Shown here in pieces: positions 53,222 to 64,000 of a DNA stretch of 64,000 nt (position 1 is its first letter; each line of letters begins with the position of its first letter). Under the pieces are notes generated by a model. That model was not told the DNA's origin. It worked only from the letters and a program-made list of their open reading frames with translations, and ran no database searches. A program made the position numbers and the translations under genes. This DNA is from the human T2T-CHM13v2.0 reference genome, Homo sapiens: the NCBI RefSeq assembly GCF_009914755.1, contig NC_060928.1. One strand, written 5' to 3'.

Positions 53222-53739
53222 TAGAAACATAGGATTTAAGTAACTTGGTGTTTTAGAGAAATAAATATAATACACATCAGTAAAGTGAGAGAAAGTTTCT
53301 CCAGGTGCGGTTCAAGATATTAGAAACTAATGACTGATGTACACAGACCACCTTTTGGTCTGAAGCATTTCTAAGTGCCACTGGCTGACATGCAGCCCCT
53401 ACAGCCTCCAGGCTTCCAGCCCTAGCATGGAGCATCACTCTCCTATGCTTCCCTGGTTGCAGGTGATGGCTGGAGAGGCCTCCTGATTTTCAGTAAGGGA
53501 AGTGGTGTAGATGCTTAGGAATAGATGTAGTGAGTGAAAAAACTGATTCTGATATGTCAAAAATTCTGATTGGAAATGGAATATTTACATTTGGAAGAGC
53601 TAAAGGCGAGAGAAAGTGGGGATAAAGTCATCTGAGTTGGAGGAGCTTAAACCATTCACAAGTTTGGAGGACCTTTTTTTACCCATGAAAAGGTCAGAAC
53701 AGAAGGGGCTAGGATTTAGGTGTGACTGCAGTTTATTGA

Positions 53740-54276
<537 letters not shown>

Positions 54277-54351
54277 TATTTATTTATTTTTAATTGACAA
54301 AATTGTATATATCTGTAATATACAACATGATGTTTGAAATATGTGTACATT

Positions 54352-54697
<346 letters not shown>

Positions 54698-54870
54698 TTA
54701 ACCTGTGCATCACCTCACGTATCATTGTTTTGTGGTGAGAACACTTAAAATCTACTCTTTCAGTGATTTTCTTGCATATGGTACATTGCTATTAACTGCA
54801 GTCACCATGCTATACAGTAGATCTCTTGAACTCATTCCTCCTGTCTATAAATGAAATTTTGTATCCTTGA

Positions 54871-55171
<301 letters not shown>

Positions 55172-55792
55172 TCAAGCGTTTTAAAAGATGCTCTTTTCTA
55201 AGGATTGACTGTAGTACAGGAGGAAGATTGACCTGTTGAAAAGCCTCAGCCTTTACAAGTGTAAAATTATCAGTATATTACTATCATCTTTCTGATGAAT
55301 TAAATAAACTAAGGACTCCAAGTCAAAAGTCTTCAAACTGAAGTAGAATAGTTGTATATAGTGCTTGGCACTTTAATATTTAGTATCGGTTTAATGATAA
55401 TGTTTGTGCCTTTGCCGTCTTTAAAACATTTTTACATCATCCCTGTTTGATTACTTGGTGTGCTCATGAAGTTGTTGGCCACTAAGGAATCTTAGGCTCA
55501 GAGAGGTTCTGGAATTGGCCAGTGGTCCTTGAATCAGCTGCTCCTATGATTCTCTAACTGATTTCTCACAAAGCAAACAAGCAATCATAACAAAACAACT
55601 GTGCACACTGCTCTTCTTATTTTGTTATTTAAAAAGTACTTAGGCTCTACTTATGTTTGTTAGTCAATTTCTCATTACTTCTAGTTAATCAAAAGGTCAG
55701 AGGAAATACTTGAATATTTTCATACTAGAATACTTTAAAAAATCATGATTTCCAGTAATCTCTTTAAAACTTGGCAAGTTATTTTGATCTAA

Positions 55793-56008
<216 letters not shown>

Positions 56009-56741
56009 TAGTTGATGTTTTTCTTATGATTTGTAGGATGTATAAGCCCTTTGAGATATGAGTTACATTTAGTTTTTTCAAGTTTGTTTGTCTTTCAGCT
56101 TTGTTTATGATAGCTTCTATCATACAGGTGTTTTGGATTTTCATATTGTTTGTACTCACAGCTAAGATTGATTACAGTGACAGAGCTAGGATGTGCAGCC
56201 AGGTTATAGGGGGAAGTGGCCCTGGTGGAGTCTGGAGGGATCCGTGTACAGGCTTCCTTCCCTCCCGTGAGGCTCACACAAAAATACAGCAACATGCTGG
56301 TCCTGCAGGTACCCTCTGCCTAACATGAGCCACAATTCCAGACTCACAGAAGAAAAGCAGGTGTTCGGCATAAACCATGTGTTTCAAATAGTCTGGGCAT
56401 GGTGAGCCACTTGTTATCAGCTAGGGAAAGTTTATGTCAGCGTAAGAAACTGTTCACCAGATACCCCCAAGAGCCAGCCTTTCTGTCTAGGGATGTTTTA
56501 GTTTTTTAGTTCATTTTTTTTTTTAACTTTAAAATTTTCTGTTCATCTGCAATTTGTTAGATATGAAGTATGTGTCTAATTTAATTTTTGTTTTTGGTTG
56601 TCCCCAATAATGTTTACAGAAGAATTTTTCTGCACTAATTGGCTTGAGTTACTTACATTCTCATAGTTCTCTAGTTTCAGTAGTTTCATTTATTATTTTG
56701 TTATATCAATCTATCTGTCTGCTCATCTATTAGAAGCATCC

Positions 56742-57034
56742 TTGTTTTTTTTTTTTCTTTTTTAGACAGAGTCTTGCTCTGTCCCCAGGTTGGAGTGCAG
56801 TGGTGCAACCATGCCTCCCTGCAGTCTCAGGGCTCAAGTGATCCTCCCACCTCAGCTCCTGAGTACCTGGGACTACCGGCATGTGCCACCACACCCAGCT
56901 AATTTTTACATTTTTTGTAGAGACAGGGTCTCCCTAAGTTGCCTGGGCTGGTCTCAAGCTCCTGGCTTAAGTAATCCTCCCTCCTTGGCCTCCCAAAGTG
57001 CTGGGATTACAGGTGTGAGCAACTGCACCCGGCT
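56742..57034 (-). mobile_element. Alu (AluJ-like)
   Basis: Antisense Alu. Confidence 0.92.
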
Positions 57035-58913
57035 ACAAGTATACTTCTTAATTATTGTAGCTTAATGGTATTTATGAGGGGATCAGTTCCCCTGTTGTTC
57101 TTTAGAATTTTCTGGATATTCTTCTTTATTGATTTTGGGATGTGAACAATAGAATCAACTTCTACTTGTAGATTGATTTAGGGAGAACTTATACCTCAGA
57201 TGTTAAGTCACCCTGTCCAGAATGTGGGATGCTTTCCTATTTGTTCAGAACTTTTTAAATTACCTCAGAAGCACATGAAATTTAAAGGATTTTAAAAAAA
57301 ACTTAAAGATTATTTCACATAGCTCTTGCACATTTCTTGATAAATGAATCCTCAGGTATTCCTCTGTTTTTGTTACTAATAGTTACTTCTTATGGGTTTT
57401 TTTTCCCCTGAAAATCATTTATCAAACGTATGTGGCTTATTTTCTGAAGGATGTTTGATAATTTTGGAAGATATGAAAGTCTTCATATTTTACAAGGTTT
57501 GGGGTCTCTTTAAGCTGCATGGTTCTCATGTCAGCTCCCAAAGCAGAAGACGGCATGTTGAAAAATGCCGTAGAGAAGATACTTCTTTTCCACCTGTTTT
57601 CAACTCATATCATCTTGAATTTCAGGGCACCTTTCCATGCTCCTAGTGCTTGCTATCTGTTTATTATTTTCCTTCCTGAATACCCTGAACTCCAGCATGT
57701 TCTGCTGTAATTCTGGCCTCCCTGGCATCTTGGACTCCTGTTTCCTTTGCTCTGTCATCCCCGCGGTCAGCTCCTGCTGCGCAGCTTCTCAGCTGAAGTG
57801 CGTTTGGAGTGCCTGGCGTGTCTTGCTGGATCTTTGAGTATTGCCTCTGGTTTCCTTGGTTCCTTCTGCTGAGTTGCTCAGCGTCTCCACTCCCCATTTC
57901 TTGTGTGGCCCTTCCTGCACTCCTCTGATTCCTTTTGTCTTCCCTGGTTTCTTGCTTTGGTTTCGAGTCTCCACAGAACTTTTGCAGCTCTTCTGAAGAC
58001 CTGGAAGCTTTTTCATCTTAATTCTCATCTCATGACCTCTTTTCCCTTCTTTGAGAGCTAGAACTTCCCATGGTGAACTTCTCTTTCCAGAATTCCATGC
58101 CTTCTTTTCCCTCCCACTTACCTGTTGTCCAGGAGAGGTCAGATTGCTGTGCATATTGGAGGAGAACCCTTTCTTCCCTGGGCTCTTCATCTCACATGAC
58201 ATCACCACATCACCTCGTTCCTTGGACCCTCAGTGGTGTCACTGCTGGATTTTTCTTTCCTTTGGCTGGCCTTAGGGCACACCCAGGTTGACTAGCGTAG
58301 TCATGGTATTTAGATCCACTCACATTTTCAGTTTCTGTGTCTGTCTCTTGCCTGCTTCTGACTTCGCCCAGAGAAAGCTTCTCTTTCACAAGGGTTCTTA
58401 GATTTATGTTCACTGAGCACCTTCTTTTCTGAGGCAGTGTTTTACCAATATTTATTTTCCTAGTCAGTCTCGCCTTACCTTTCTTGTTATGCATGTCTTT
58501 GGTCCTGACCCATTCTCTGAGTCTGTAAAATAGAATTGCTGTATAATTTAATTACATGAAATCCTTTAGAATCTTAACACATCTTACACCTGATTTAATA
58601 TTTTATTGTATCCAAATTGAACCAACCCTATGTGAATTTGACAGTGATTTCTCCCAGGGATCCTAGTGTATAAGGAATAGGACTTAGTATTTTCTATTTT
58701 TTGATATACCACATACCAGATACTGATTATGATGGACATTTAACCCTTTTTTCTCATTATGAAAGAAAGTTAGGAATTATTTCTTCCAGTAGCGCCAGTG
58801 TAACCTGAAAGCCTTTGAAAGAGTAGTTTTTGTATAGCTATCTGAAAGGAATTTCTTTCCAAAATATTTTTCCAGTGCTGACAACAAACACGCAGACACA
58901 CCCTGCAAGGTGA

Positions 58914-59216
<303 letters not shown>

Positions 59217-59627
59217 TAGGATGGAGCCTGGTTCTCCAGGGTGCCTCCGGGAGACTCCTCCCTGCCCCACGTGCTTGCGTCACAGGACCCAAGTCTGACT
59301 CTGCCTTAGCCATGAAGTTTAGGGGGAAGTTTCTATTTGTATTCTATTTTTGTCTGTTATCATGTATTAGCTTAGACCCAGTTTAGTTTGGAAAATCAGT
59401 GGGTTTCAAAATGTGTTTGTAGAGTCCTTTATTTCTTAACTTGACCTTTTCAAGTGGAAAGGGGCAAAACAGACGGGTAAGGGGGCGGGGCGGGAGGTGT
59501 GACTTGCTCTTTTGTGCCTGAGGAAGTAACAGAGCTGGGGTTGACAGTCATATTCTCTGACACAGATAGTCTCTGACTTATCTCACAGAAAGTCAGCGGC
59601 AGAGCCTGAGTTAAAAGTCTCGTAGAT

Positions 59628-64000
<4,373 letters not shown>

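Noticed and set aside
57640-58260. Pyrimidine-rich stretch with a 139-aa minus-strand ORF
   Set aside because: No recognisable protein, tail or TSD; probably decayed ancient LINE sequence. It cannot be assigned without a search.

Overview
This is human (or very closely related great-ape) genomic DNA from the body of the huntingtin gene HTT, on the + strand. The window runs from intron 3 to intron 29. It holds 26 coding exons (4-29; 3,396 nt, 1,132 codons, about residues 157-1288 in 3142-aa numbering), which I spliced by hand into one open frame. Exon 1 with the CAG repeat is not in the window. The introns are dense with Alus and also carry a solo MER9 (HERV-K/HML-3) LTR with a perfect 6-bp TSD, MaLR LTRs, hAT MITEs (MER1B, MER58A, MER53, MER3), old L1/L2/MIR fragments, and the 3' 4.4 kb of an antisense L1PA element. 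Most ORFs in the supplied track are Alu or L1 artefacts. Notable points: (1) a processed pseudogene of C19orf53 lies antisense in intron 6 and is missed by the ORF track; (2) there are two missense differences from the canonical protein (G893R, V1064I), suggesting a non-reference haplotype; (3) intron 9 has a GC donor; (4) exons 12 and 13 contain internal in-frame donors, and a nested inverted-Alu hairpin sits right behind exon 12; (5) there are candidate poison exons and recursive-splice motifs; (6) one MITE carries two nested insertions. I see no evidence of a wholly new biological system. Identifications rely on remembered sequences; no database search was run, and repeat boundaries are approximate.
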